NCBI GenBank assembly: GCA_963714015.1
Contig: OY970223.1
Location: forward strand, 2,208,001 to 2,272,000
From: Vulcanimicrobiota bacterium
Lineage (GTDB): Bacteria > Vulcanimicrobiota > Vulcanimicrobiia > Vulcanimicrobiales > Vulcanimicrobiaceae
Direction of reading: 5' to 3'
DNA: 64,000 nucleotides
A model generated the notes under the pieces. It worked only from the letters and a program-made list of their open reading frames with translations. It did not search any database and was not told the DNA's origin. The position numbers and the translations under genes are program-made. Positions 1 to 12,548 of this stretch are shown one piece after another (position 1 is the stretch's first letter; each line of letters starts with the position of its first letter).

Positions 1-96
1 TACACCGGCCTGGAATGGCCCGTGCAATATTTGCCGGGCAAATCGCAGCTCGAGCGCAATTTGGCGCGTGCGGCGGAGATTTCCGGCCGCATATGA
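1..96 (+). CDS. abmA: 3' end of 2-aminobenzoyl-CoA monooxygenase/reductase (bifunctional salicylyl-CoA 5-hydroxylase/oxidoreductase), partial
   Basis: Frame +1 reads YTGLEWPVQYLPGKSQLERNLARAAEISGRI*, resembling the WPxQY..GK.QLERN C-terminus of this family. Its stop overlaps the SDR start (ATGA), and the other pathway genes lie at 18754-24877. Confidence 0.7.
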   Translation, partial: YTGLEWPVQYLPGKSQLERNLARAAEISGRI

Positions 97-810
97 ATTT
101 TGAGGGAAAGCACGCCGTCGTCACCGGCGGTAATCGCGGGATCGGTCTTGCGATCGCACGGGAGTCTGCGCGCGAACGGCGCTCGCGTAAGTGTCATAAG
201 CCGCTCGGCGTTGCCGGCGGACGAAACGTTTGCCCACGCCGCGGCCGACGTGCGCGAGGAGCGGCAAGTCGCGATCGCATTCGCCGCCTCCCGCAAAGCG
301 AACGGCCCGGTTTCGATTTTGATAAACAACTCCGGCATCGCCGAATCGGCGCCGTTCAAGCGAACCGATCGAACCATGTGGGATCGGATCGTCGGGACGA
401 ATCTCACGGGGACCTACGTGTGCACGCGCGAGGTCATCGAGGAGATGCTTGCCGCCAAATGGGGCCGCATCGTGAACGTCGCCAGCATAGCCGGCCTCTA
501 CGGCGCGCCGTATATATCCGCGTATTGCGCGAGCAAACACGGCGTGATGGGACTTACGCGCGCGCTCTCGGCGGAGCTCGCAAACAGCGGCGTCACGGTG
601 AATGCCGTCTGTCCGGGCTATACCGAAACGGATATGATGGCTTCGGCAGTTGGGAACATCGTCAAGCGTACCGGACTCTCCGCGGAGTTGGCGCGCGCCG
701 AACTCGCGAAGACGAATCCGTCCGGAAGCATTGTTGCGGTGGAAGAAGTCGCGCGCGCCGTCGTCCAGCTCTGCCAGGACGGCTCCAACGGCCGCGAAGT
801 GATTCTTTAA
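93..810 (+). CDS. SDR family oxidoreductase (3-hydroxyacyl-CoA dehydrogenase-like), frameshift near 165
   Basis: MNFEGKHAVVTGGNRGIG (TGxxxGxG) in one frame; NNSG, YCASK and NAVCPG in the 100..810 frame. Confidence 0.85.
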
Positions 811-816
811 GAATAT

Positions 817-1839
817 CTACAGAATTGCTTTGACCAGGCCGCGGGGTGCGTCGCTCTGCACGCCGCGTGCGCGGCCCAAATAGAGCGCGAGCATCTGTCC
901 GGCCACCAGCCACGAGAGCGGATCGAATGGTCCCGAATACAACGGTCCGAGCACCGGGAGATCTTCGGTGCGTTCGCCCACGACGTAGCCGAGCGCGCCG
1001 GCACCCAGCGCTTCGGTTAGGGCGCGTCGCACGAGGCGATCCGAGCGTTCGTCGATGATGCCCAGTATGGCGCATGAAGCGTCGAGCATCGCAGCACTGC
1101 CGTGACGGAATTCTCCGGCGGCAAAACCCTCGGCATGAAGGTAGCTGGCTTCTTTGATCTTCAGTGCGAACTCGCCGGCGATTGGCAAGCCGTAGCCGCT
1201 GCCGATTACGACGACGCTCGAACGCGTCGATATGCGCGCGGCCGCGTCGCGAACCGCGCCCGTGTCGGGGCTATTGAGCCACGTTTCGACGGCATCCGCG
1301 ATCCGCACGAGCGCTTCGGCACCGCCGGCGCCGTCCGTGCTCAGGAGCGCCGCCACCCATAGCAGTATCGCCGCCATGGCCGTGACCGTTTTGCTGGCGG
1401 GCACTGCGATCTCCTCACCGCAATCGGCGTGGATGCACAGTGTTGCGCGCCGGCCGAGCGGCGAATCGGGAGTGTTTGTGATCGCGATCAAACAGCTGGG
1501 CTGCAGCACGTCGAGCGCGTCGAGAACGTCCGTGGATTTACCGCTCTGCGAGCAGACGATTGCGGTCGTGCGCGCATAGACGACATGATCGATTGCCGCC
1601 TCGGTGGCCGCAATTGCCTGCGCCCGGACTCCTCGGCATCGCAGCGCAATCGCGCCCAGCTGCGCGACGAAGAGGGAACTGCCGCTGCCGATCAAGATCA
1701 CTTCCCGGCCCGCAATCGCGTCCGCGACCGCGCGCGCCTTATTTGTGGCGGCGAGCGCGCGCCAAATCGCCGGCTGTTCCCGAATCTCGCTCTCGAAGTT
1801 TGCCCCCAGCACGTTTCCGTTATCCGTTTGCGAAGTCAT
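817..1839 (-). CDS. SIS-domain protein (GlmS isomerase domain / glucosamine-6-P deaminase / FrlB-like)
   Basis: EIREQP, GSGSS, SQSGKS, EFALKIKEASY and EFRHG motifs; no glutaminase domain. Confidence 0.85.
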   Translation of the reverse strand: MTSQTDNGNVLGANFESEIREQPAIWRALAATNKARAVADAIAGREVILIGSGSSLFVAQLGAIALRCRGVRAQAIAATEAAIDHVVYARTTAIVCSQSGKSTDVLDALDVLQPSCLIAITNTPDSPLGRRATLCIHADCGEEIAVPASKTVTAMAAILLWVAALLSTDGAGGAEALVRIADAVETWLNSPDTGAVRDAAARISTRSSVVVIGSGYGLPIAGEFALKIKEASYLHAEGFAAGEFRHGSAAMLDASCAILGIIDERSDRLVRRALTEALGAGALGYVVGERTEDLPVLGPLYSGPFDPLSWLVAGQMLALYLGRARGVQSDAPRGLVKAIL

Positions 1840-3931
1840 GGCCCGAGCGTACCGCGCAGCACGGTGATCGACTGCGGCGCAAGCGTATAGGCTGAATCGG
1901 CATGCACGATCGACGTAACCGGCGGATTATCAGGACTAGGAGCGGACTGCGATCCGCGAGACCGCCAAACGTACTGATCGCTTCCGAACGTGACGCGCGT
2001 CACCGATCCGGTGAACGCGCGCGCGCCGGCGAATACCAATTTGACGGGCAGGCGGCACGCGCATTTGTTGACCAGCATGACGGACCAAGTATTCCCGGGA
2101 CGCTTTACGGGATACGCCGTCAGCAGCCGGCTGCTCGTGCGCGCGCGATAAAGGCGCTGCACGCGATTTGCCGGATCCAGCCACTGCCTTGCGATCATCT
2201 CGCCGCCGTAGAATTGGGCGCCGCGGGCGCGAATGCGCGCGTGGGCGTCCGCCACGAACATGGTGAGGTTACCCCAGTCGGCCGGACACTGCTCGTTCTG
2301 CGAGAGCGGGACCGGCTCGTACTGATAGTAGACGATCCCCTTCACGCCTTCTTCCAAGAAGCCCGCCATATAGTCCGCGAGCCATAAGGCGCCTTCAATC
2401 TGCATCGGCGTCTGCGTGAAGTTCACGGCCGAGAAGTTCGCTTCGGTGACGTACATCGGGACGTTCGGCGGAACACCGTCGCGGCGCCACGCGGAGACGA
2501 CGGTGTGGATGATGCCGCTCTCGCTCTCCAAGTCTTTGAGCAGGGCCGCGCCGTGCTCGCAGCCGTCGAACGGATAATGTTCGAACGACATGAAGTTCAG
2601 TTGGGCCAGAGCGCCGTGCGCGTGCAGATAATTGAGAAAACGGTTGAGCCACGAGACGTTTGCCGTGTGCATCCGGCCACCATTGCAAATCGGAGTTCAC
2701 ACCGGAGAAGACAGGGCCGCCGAGCGCCAATCCGGGAAACTTGCGGTGAATTGCGCGCGCCCATTGAACGTAGAGCGCGGCGTCATCTTCGGGCTCGATG
2801 TACTGTCCGTCGGGCTCCTCACCGAGCTCGATCCGTTCGATCGGATAGCCGCGCGCGTGCAGATATTGCACCTCGGCGACCGCGTTCTCCGGCGTGCTGT
2901 AGATCATGGCGACCGGATAGGTGCCGCCGAGTCCGCGCGTCAGTCCGCTGCGCGCAATGAGATCGAGCCCGGGCTGTTCCTGGTCGCGCACCCGGGTTGC
3001 CGCCGTATGCCATGGATCGACGGACGAAACGTACATTGCCGTTTGACGCAACCCGCAAGCGTAGCGCTTGGGCAAATATCCGCCGCAACGGCGCATGATG
3101 GACGTAATCGCTGAAGACGGTGCGGCGCAGGACGCCGACGGACAGCTCCTCGATCGCATAGCCGACGCAGTTGCGCTTGTCGGCGGCACCGTGGGAGTCG
3201 CAGGTATTCGACGACCTCGACATCAGCACGCGCACGAAGCGCGCGTTTATGGGTTTTCTCGCAAGACGCAGCGTAACCGTACTGCCTTGGCCGTTCGATG
3301 CGGCGCCTTGCGGGAAATCTTTCCAGGATCCGTGTGCGGGGTCACCGATCGCATCGCTTCCGGTCCAGTATGAAACGCGATACGCCGTCGCATACGGCGA
3401 GCCCCACGCGATGCGAACTGCGTTCACCGGCTTTGCCGCATTCAAATCCGCCACGACCCATTGGGGATGAAGCGCTTCGGATTCTCCGGTGAATGCGGAC
3501 GTCAAATACGGATTACTTTTCCAATAGGTCTTCGGATCGCCGTCGTCGATGCGCGAGTAGTCGGCGTTGTTCCCCTGATCGGTCGTGGAACCGCGATGCG
3601 GAAGACGGTAACCGAAGGAATCGGCGATCGGCGCGCCGGGGACTGCGCTGCTGGTCCAGTATCCGGCGTTGCCGGCGCTGAATGCGCCGGCGGGATTCCA
3701 GTGCCAATCTTGCGACGAAAGCTCGGTGAAGAGCCGGTAGCTGAGCCAGCCGAATCCCGGCTGCAGCATTTGGCGCACGTTCTCCGGCGAGTACAGGGCG
3801 GGAATCGTTCCGGCCGGCTCCTTGTCCACGGTGGACCCGACAGCGTCGCGCGCACGGAACGTGTTGACTGCATGCGAGGTGTCTACGTCGACGGTGACAA
3901 GTGACGCGAGCAGCGCGACGAGTTGAATCAA
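1836..3931 (-). CDS. Secreted clan GH-A-like glycoside hydrolase with inserted discoidin (F5/8 type C, CBM32-like) domain; two frameshifts
   Basis: Joined from ORFs 2819..3931, 2395..3189 and 1836..2672. Signal peptide; DDGDPKTYWKS, PQWVVADL and ARFVRV discoidin motifs; candidate catalytic ELGEEPD and YVTEAN. Confidence 0.7.
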
Positions 3932-5392
3932 CGGCGCACTGCGGCGCGGCGCGCGCGTGTCTGCGCAGGCCGCCGATGGCCCGACAGCGGCGAAGGCGCG
4001 TAGCCCGGACCGGATTCCGCAATCGGCGTCGAGATCGTGATGTCCGATTGACCGCTCGTGCCGGCGATCGGCGGTGCCTGAGGAACGCTGCCTGCCGATT
4101 TTTCGAGCGAGGCGACGGCTTCATACAGCGGGTAGTCGACGCCGATCGCCTGCACGGAGATCGTGTCGCCTTGGCCGGAGACGGGGAAGCTCGGCGTGTT
4201 TGCGGCGTTGTTGTCGGCGGCCGTGCAGATGCTCGGACTCGGCGTCAGATTTTGAACGCCGCCCCCGATGTTCGTGTTGGGTCCGTCCGCTGCGGGCAGA
4301 TTGTACGTTCCCGAGGACCTCACTTCGATCGTGTAATAGACCGGAGCGAATGCCGTGCCTTTGGGTCCTTGACAGTTGTTTGCCGTGCTTCCGGGCGTTC
4401 CCACAGGGCCCCAGTCGACGATCTGCACGAATTCCTCGGTGACGCCGCCGGGAACCGTTACTGCAAGTGTTGCGCCCCCGTCGCCGTTTGCATCCGGAAC
4501 GACGCGCGGAGCGCTAATCGCCGGCAGCACGATGCCCGCATTGAGATTGGCGGTCTGAGCGATATTGCTGACACTTTGCGAACCGCCGTTTCCGACGGTC
4601 GCAACGGCGACATTGAGCTTGTACGTTCCGGATCCGGCCGCGAGGCCTTCGAATACCGTGATTCCTTCGGCCAAGCCCAAGAAGTACGGTTGTCCGAAAG
4701 TATCGTCGCCTTGAACGGTAAGGCCGTCACGATCGCCCATGTGATCGCCGTTGGGGTCGAACGCCGGCGGACCGCCCCATGGGACGAAGAGCGGGTGCGT
4801 GCTTCCGTCGTCGTAGAGCGGCTGAGGATACGGCGCGTATCCGTCCGCCTGTCCAGTGACGGGATACGAGTTGAACGGCGCAAGGCCCATCGCAAAGACG
4901 CCGCCGCTCTGTCCGAACGTCGTAGCATTCGGCGGAATGTTGTTGGTACACGCGGTGAAGTTAGCGGGCACACTCCCCGTCCCGTCGCAATATGGAGTCC
5001 CCAATTGCACGAGTTGCGACGTGCCGGTGATCGCCGGAGTCGCTGCCGTCGTCTCGGACAAACTCGGTCCGGCGTTGGGAATCGTCGTATACGGATCTTG
5101 ATCGGCACCATTTGCAGGCGCTGCTGCTGCGCTTCCCCAGAGTGAAGGGACCGGTGATTTTCGGCGTATCCGCGCCGATTGCGGTTTGTCCGTTCGGCTG
5201 GCGCAGCGTCGAGACCACGTTCAAGCCGGTCGCGCTTCCGTAGATGTTCGCGGTTCCGACGGCAAACTGCAGTTTCGCGTAGCTCTGACTCGTCGGATTA
5301 ACGGAGCTGATCGGCACGCCTGCAGATCCGGCGCCGCAGCCGGCGATCGAGCCGCCGCAAAGAAGCGCGGCGATAAGGCGGAGTGTTTTCAT
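3928..5392 (-). CDS. Lipoprotein co-transcribed with the TonB-dependent receptor, frameshift near 5100-5140
   Basis: Lipobox IAGC in MKTLRLIAALLCGGSIAGCG; continues in ORF 3928..5061; G/P/T-rich. Confidence 0.65.
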
Positions 5393-5401
5393 CGTTGTCT
5401 C

Positions 5402-8400
5402 CTAGAGGGCAATCTGCAGATAGAACCGGTACGTGCGTCCGGGTACGTAGAATTCTTGGAACGGCAGCCAGTACTGATCGTAGTAGCTCTCGTTACGTCC
5501 ACCGGCCAGGTAAATCGGATTAGGAACGCCGCCTTGCACGATCGGGTAGTCGACGGCGTATTGGCCGGTCTGTGCGCCTCCGACGCCCGTGGCGACGGGT
5601 TGCCAATCCGTGTTCGGCTGCGGCTGTCCGCGATAGTTATCGAACAGGTTGCTGACGTAGACGCCCCACGTCAAGCGATCGTGCGTATATTCCAGATCGA
5701 GATCCGAATACAGGCGCGGCGCGGTGAACGCTTGTCCGGCAAGCGCGGGCTCGTTGTTGCCGCGGCATGCGAAATCTCGCGGATTCAAGTAACTTCCCGG
5801 ATCGGCCGGATCGACGTAGCACGTCGCGTCGATGGGTAAATTCGGACCAGCGGCACCAGCGTATGGCGTCGCGACGCCGAGGTTTCCGGTCGGCATGTGA
5901 TAGAGCACGCCGTTGATGTAGCCGATTGCATCGCGGCCGACGCCGAACGGCTCGCCGCCGTCGAAGTCCAAAATCGGATTCACCCGAATCCCGCCCTTCG
6001 TCGCGTAAGTAATACCTGCGCGCGCCGAGAACGGCGGCAGGAAGCTCTGATGGAAAAGCACGTTTGACTCGTACAAGAACTGCTGCGCGATCGGCAGGCT
6101 GTCGGACCCGCTGACCGGCGGTGTGTCCGTGAGTTCATTGATGTAGTTTGCCGTCAAAAATCCGCTCCAGCCGTACTCGCGCACCGGCGTCGTGAGCATG
6201 AACTCGACACCGAGCGCTTTTTGCAATCCGGTTTCACGCTCTTGAAATGAGCCGGCCGTCTGCTGTCCCGTGACCGGGTTCGGCGGTCCGTTGTTGAGTT
6301 CGACCGTTTGGAACGTATCGAAACCGCGGCGCGCGTAGCCGGTCAACTTCATGCCCCAGGCGTTCTTGAATTGATGCTGATAGCTGAGGTCCCAATTGTT
6401 GTACGTCGACGGACGCTGGCCGCCGTAATCCGGCGCGCTATATCCCTGGTCAAAATTCCAGTACAGCGCTTCGGCGTAATTCGGGCACTTGAAGAACCAG
6501 CCGGAATATGGATTGGCCGGCGTGCCGATGATGTCGGCGCCGCCGAAGTACACGTTGGGATTTTGCGTGTACGTACCGTTCCCGTTGGTGCCCGGTCCGT
6601 GCCAGCCGCTGCCGCAGGCCGGATTTCCGGCCGAGTCCTGGGCCGGAATCTGATAGAGGATCGGGTTAATGTTCTCGAGCGAGCTCGGCGTGCCGGCGTA
6701 CTGACCGAAGAAGTCGCTGACGGAGCGTCCGAAACTGACTCGTGCACTGTCGTTTTGGTCGAAGATGTAATCGACCGACGCGCGCGGCTCCAGATCGCGC
6801 GGCCTAAGAAACGTATTCGGCAACTGCGCGAAGCTCAGTCCCACGTCATACGGGTTGGAAAGATCCGCGCTGAACGGATTTGCACCCCACTTCAGATTCT
6901 GTCCGTCCATGCGCACACCGTAGTCGATGTTCCATTTCGCACTCGGCGTCCATTGGTCACGGATGCCGACGCCGAAATCTTGGAAGTCGGTGTTGTGATA
7001 GTTCCAGCCCGCGGTCGGCATCGCCGGCAATTGCCCGTTCCATTTGCCGTTCGCCAGCATCCACGAATAGATGTAGCAGCCTTCTTGGGTCGGTGTTTGG
7101 GTGAAGGCGTTGTCGAGCGCCGGTCCGATGCAGGGATTGCTCGCGCTGACCGGTTGTCCCGGATTCACGCGGCAGATACCAATCCCAAATGCGCGGGCCG
7201 TTGGGAGCGTACTGCGACTCGAGAATAGGGGACCCGCTGTATCCGGTGATTTGCTGGTCGTACGACTGCGCGTTGTTGAGGCCCGTCCAGGTGTTGCCGT
7301 CGTTCTGCTGATTCCAATACGGGAAGTTGTTTTCGAACTTGCCGACGAGCGTGAGAATATGTTTCTCGCCCGCCTGCACGACCAGTTGGGACTGCACGCC
7401 GGTCGAACGGCTCCCCTCGGGATTGTAGCCGTTGACGAAATATCCGTCGCCGCCGTCGGTCAAATCGGAATAGTTTCCGGTGATGTTGGACTCGTTCAGG
7501 CCGCCCCAGTTGTAGAAGAAGGTATTCCAGGTCGCGTTTCGGCTCAGTTGCCGGGTGTAACCGATCTTCAAGACGTCGTCGGGTCCGAGATTGTTCTGCT
7601 CCGGCTGAGTGACGGGAACGGACTGGAACGGATTCGACGGATGCGGAACACCTTGCACGTAGGTCAGAATCGAATCGTACCACGCGAGTTGATCCGCGGG
7701 ACTGCACTGCTGGACGCCGGGCGGAAGCGGAAAGTAGCAGCCCCACATGCTGTTGCCGTTGTAGTCCGTTTGCGCGAAGCCGTAGTTCGCCGGATTCCAG
7801 GGATAATACGCAGCCTGCGCGAGGCCGCCGTAGTTCGCCCACGAGCGATGATCGATAAAGTCCGCGAGCACTTGAAGTTGCTGATCGTTGTTGCGGCCGA
7901 AGCGGTAGACGAAGTTGTTCAGAACGTCGTCATCGTACGTCAACGACGTTCCGAAATATGCGCCCACGTCAGCGGCGCTGCGTCCGTAGGGCGCATACTG
8001 CGGCACCGACCGATCGGCGCGAACGGAGAAGAAATCCGAGAAACGCCCATTCTTTGTGGCGGTGCCGTATTGGAACGCAAACGCGTGGTCGTACCACGGC
8101 GACCCCATGTCGAAACTCATGAAACCGTCGCCGGGATACGAACCGCGCCCGGGTATCAAATTCACGACGCCCGCGCCGATGCCGCCTTGCGTCGCGTCGC
8201 CCGCGCCGCTGACGACCTGAAGCGAGCCGCGTCCCCCGCCGATGCCGTTGAGGAATCCGGCGTCGGGGTTTTCATCAAAGAATGCGCCGCGGAAGTCGAT
8301 GCCGTCGAACTGATAGCCGATGTCGACGCTCGCGGATCCGCGAATGGAGAATGCGGCATTGGTTCCCACTTGCGCCGTTTGGATGACGCCCGGTGCCGAT

Positions 8401-8912
8401 TCGACCAGGGTGTTGTAATCCGTGGATCCTTTTTCACCCAGCGCCTGATCGACGCGCGCGCCGCTGAACGTGGTCTCGTCCGTCGTTTGATGCGGCTCGA
8501 AAGCGGAGGATTGCGATCGCGCCGTGACGTGCGCCACAGTCTTCAACGACCCGGACAATCGCACCGTCGCCGCCGTATTCGTTTCATCGCCGAAGACGGC
8601 TACGCCGGTCAACGCGAACGCGTCGTAGCCGTTTTTTTCGAAGGACAGATTGTACGTGTCCGCCGGCAACTGCAAGAATGAATAGTAGCCGTGGTTGTCC
8701 GTAGTCGTTTGGAACCTGCCGGACGGAGAATTGGCGATCACCTGGACCCCCGCCAGGGGCGCGCCGCCCGACGCATCGAGAACGATTCCCCGGAGGTTTC
8801 CGGTGATTCCGCCGGCAGCGGATGCCGCAAGCGGCTGCGCTATACACGTAAAGACGATGGCGGCAAAAGCGATCCAAGACAGAAGGCGGGCAAAGCGAGA
8901 GGTCATGAACAT
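5402..8912 (-). CDS. TonB-dependent receptor with N-terminal carboxypeptidase-regulatory-like domain, frameshift near 7170
   Basis: AAGGAG RBS, signal peptide, GNLRGIVLDASGGAPLAGVQV domain, plug motif FSIRGS...DGI, GIRDQW, YVSNLFD and a terminal beta-strand. Confidence 0.85.
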
Positions 8913-8962
8913 CGGTTGCTCCTTACGGTCACGGGCGCACGGGCGCTTCGAGGGCTTTTTAT

Positions 8963-8985
8963 TTTTACTAAGGAAAGTAAGTCCT
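8963..8985 (-). promoter_or_regulatory. Candidate ROK repressor operator, copy 1
   Basis: Minus strand AGGACTTACTTTCCTTAGTAAAA, containing the TTACT-N6-AGTAA inverted repeat; lies between the divergent TBDR and ROK genes; 21/23 identical to 23027-23049. Confidence 0.6.
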
Positions 8986-9028
8986 CCTTGCTTGTTTTGG
9001 CCCCTGCGGCTCTGATACGGTAGGCACA

Positions 9029-10265
9029 GTGAACCTCAATCAGCGAGGGCGCTTGAGCCTCGCCGCGGACCAGCCTGTGATGATGCGCCGCCGGAACATC
9101 AGCGCCATCATGCGGACGGTCCTGGCCAACGGGCCGCTCTCGCGTTCGGAGATTGCCGAGCGAACCGGCCTTAGCCCCGGCGGCGTCACGAAACTTACGG
9201 CAACACTGCTGTCCGCAGGATTGCTCCGGGAAGTCCAAGGCCAGTTCGGCCCCGCCTCCGTGTTGGGACGTCCGCGCGTACCCGTGGAGATCGACGATCG
9301 TTTGCATGTCGTCGTGGGCTTGCACATCGGCACGCAGTGGACCACGGTCGGTATCGTCGATTTGGCCGGACGCCTCATCCATCAAGAACTCTTTGCGCGC
9401 GACGATAGAGACCCGGCGGTGGTCTTGCGGGAAGCAAAACGCTACTCGGAGACGCTGCTCGGCAAACACGCGCCCGCGAGCAACGTGATCGGGGTCGGCG
9501 TGGCGATCGGCGGCTGGATCGACACGGAACTAGGCGCCGTCGTCGAGCATGCGGCGCTGGGGTGGAAAAACGTTCCGCTGCTCGAGATGCTTCGCGGAAC
9601 ATTTGCATATCCGGTCCGGCTGGACAGTACCGTGCGGGCAATGGCGCTGGCCGAAGGCTGGTTCGGCACCGCAGTCGGCGCGCAGAACTGGGTGCAGACT
9701 CTTCGTCGCCAATGTCGTCGGAGCGGCGATCTCGGTCGAGCACTCGATTCAGCGCGGTCCGCAATCTGCCGCAGGCGACCTGACGCACCTGCCGATTCGC
9801 GGCGCGCACGGGATCATGACGTGCACGTGCGGCCACCGCAACTGCTTTCAGGTCGTCGGCAGCGATCAGGCCGTGCTTACCGCTGCGCGCGACCGCAAGA
9901 TCGTGCCGAAGGCGCATGTCCTCAAAGACGTCATCGAAGCGGCACGCGGCGGAAATTCTGCGGCGCAGAAACTGCTGCGCGACCGCGCGCGCGTCGTCGG
10001 TCAGGCGGCGGCGCTGATCTTTGAATTGATCAATCCCGACGTGACGGTTCTCGCCGGCGGCATCATCCACGCGCCCGAGTATTTGGACGATCTTCGAACC
10101 GCGGTCGCACGGCACGTTCATCGGGATATCGATCTGGAGCAGCGTATTCTGCCGAGCATTTTGGGCGAAGACGCGTATCCCATCGCTCCGGCAGCACTGG
10201 TTTTATCGGAATACTATCGCGATCCGATGGCTTTCGAACCGCTGCTTTCGTTCGCCGCGGAATAG
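9029..10265 (+). CDS. ROK family transcriptional repressor, frameshift near 9700
   Basis: HTH SRSEIAERTGLSPGGVT, GRPR motif and Zn motif CTCGHRNC; ORFs 9029..10024 and 9549..10265. Confidence 0.9.
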
Positions 10266-10456
10266 TCATGACGACACTGACCGCGTAATAGGCGCGCCCG
10301 ATTGGCCGCTAGCGTTAGCTGCCTGAGCCGGCGTGTACTATTCATTAAATAAGCTCGATACTGCCAAACTTCCTTAACAAAAAGCGGCAAGCGGACGATA
10401 ATACACTCGTGCCAGCCGCGATCTTTGAGACCGGCCGATTTTACTACTGTGCCGGC

Positions 10457-11059
10457 ATGCGGATAGTTCATGGTAACGCGCCATACATAAGGCGCTGCTT
10501 TCGTATTGCCTGCGCCCACGTAGTCGCTGCATCGTTTATTGCTGCTTGCGGGCCGGTGCCCGCAAACCCGGGGACGGCTCCGTCTTCGCAGCCGACGGAT
10601 TCGCCTTCTGCTAATCCCACGCCGCCCGTGGGCTCTCCGGCTCCGACGCCGTCCTCAAGCCCACCGGTAGGTTCGACGCCAGCCCCGTCGCCCAGCGCAA
10701 CCCCGAGCTCATCGCCGTCTTGCACATCCGGGTGCATTCCCGTCATCATCCCGATCCCAACCCCTGCGCCGAATCCGACGTCTACCCCCGGATTCGGCCC
10801 GCTTTTCTTTCCGGACGGCGGTTCCGGAAATTGCGCCGCCGGTCTCCAAATCGACGCGCCTTCGGGCGTTGCCGACACCAGGGTGACGGAAAGCCGATAT
10901 TTCGGAGTCTTTTCCGTTGCAAATCCCAATCCGTCCGTGGCGAGCGCGGCGATCCAAAACAACGTGTTGACGATCGACGCACTTGCCTCGGGCTCGACCC
11001 GCCTAACGGTTTCCGATTCGTTTGGAAATTCAAACGCGTGTCAGGTCAACGTTCCATAA
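10457..11059 (+). CDS. Pro/Ser/Thr-rich lipoprotein with C-terminal Ig-like domain
   Basis: Lipobox-like IAAC, PTP/PSP linker; C-terminal segment resembles the end of the next gene. Start uncertain. Confidence 0.55.
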   Translation: MRIVHGNAPYIRRCFRIACAHVVAASFIAACGPVPANPGTAPSSQPTDSPSANPTPPVGSPAPTPSSSPPVGSTPAPSPSATPSSSPSCTSGCIPVIIPIPTPAPNPTSTPGFGPLFFPDGGSGNCAAGLQIDAPSGVADTRVTESRYFGVFSVANPNPSVASAAIQNNVLTIDALASGSTRLTVSDSFGNSNACQVNVP

Positions 11060-11093
11060 CACCACGCTAATAATCGCCAGAAATGGAGTTCTC

Positions 11094-12531
11094 ATGTACA
11101 CGAACCTAGGAGGGTTTAGAGCGGCATTAGCAGCCGCAGCAGCGATCTCACTGACGCTAACGGGGTGCGCAGGATCGACGACAAAAGCGGTACCGGCGCT
11201 TCAGCATAACGCGAAAGTGCTGGTCCACATCATCATGGATAATGGCAGCAGTCCGGCCGGCCATCGCATCAAACAGAGCAGCAATCACAGCCGGCGGCCG
11301 ATGTTCGTCTCGCCGTCCACGAACGGTGCGCAAGTAACGGTCACCGATCATTCGACGCATGCAGCGATATGGAGCGGCGTTGCGGATCTTTCCTCCGGAT
11401 CGGGAAGCTGCGTGGCGGGCCCTCCTCGCACTTGTACGATTGCGATGAACTTGGACCAAGGCGGCAATTTCGACTTCCAACTGCAAACGTACGATGCGGC
11501 TCCGGTAAGCGGAGTCATTCCCGGAGGCGCTAATCGAGCTGGGCGTTTCGACCGTGACGCAAACGATCGTCCTCGATCAATTAAATAGCGTCACGTTCCT
11601 GCTATCCGGCATCGTCGTAGGGCCGCCAGGTGTTTCTTGCAGTCCTTCGTGCGGCGCGCTGACCTATGCTTCATTGCCCGCGGACGGGGCCACCCATTCT
11701 TTTGGCTTCACCTTCACGTTCTACGATGAAGATGGAAACCCGATTACCGGTTCGGCGCCGTTCAGTTCGCCGGTCGCGGTGTCGTTGGTGGAGTCCGGAG
11801 GATCGGGACATATGCAGCTGCTGCTTAACGGTACGCCGTCGGGCACAAGCGTTAATCTAACGTATCCGACGGACAATCTCGCCGTTAAGTACGATGGCGG
11901 CGGAGCTGCGGGCTACACTTCAACGATCACGATCGGCGGAGCGACGGTGCAGATTTCTCCAATGTTCATCGCACCGGCCGGGCTTACGATCAACACGAAT
12001 ACGAGCACCAATACGCCGGCGATCACGGAAAACGGTGCGCCTTCTGCGACGGCCTACTCGGCCAGTACCGCTTGCGCGCAAATCACCTCAACGAGCGTTA
12101 CCGGTACAGGCGCTTCAGCAACGCTGAACGTTTCGACGAGCGCGCCCCAGGGTGAGACTGAATCGTGCACCGTCCAAGTGACGGACGTGTACGGAACGAC
12201 GTACAACTACCCCGTGACCTTCGCCGTGTATGGGCCGATAACCGCAGGGTCGGTCACTTTCACCGGCGGCGGGCAGGGCAGCTGCTCGTCGAGCATTCAG
12301 TTCGGTGCGGCAAATCAAACCGCCGGGTTCACACTGAGCGATCCCGGCTTCCCGGGCACCTACACGGTGTCGAACCCAACGCCGGCGGTGGCGTCGGCTT
12401 CGGTTTCCGGAGCAAACGTCACCATCACCGCGTTGACCGCCGGAACGACTACCGTAACGTTCGGCGACGGGTCGGGCAATGTGTTGACTTGTCCGGTAGG
12501 CGTCACGATCACCGGCGGATCGGTGCAGTAG
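11094..12531 (+). CDS. Surface lipoprotein with Thr/Ser/Gly-rich beta-sandwich domains, frameshift near 11540
   Basis: GGAG RBS, lipobox LTGC, N-terminal FVSPST domain; ORFs 11022..11588 and 11554..12531. Confidence 0.7.
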
Positions 12532-12548
12532 GAATAGGAAAAGGAAGG

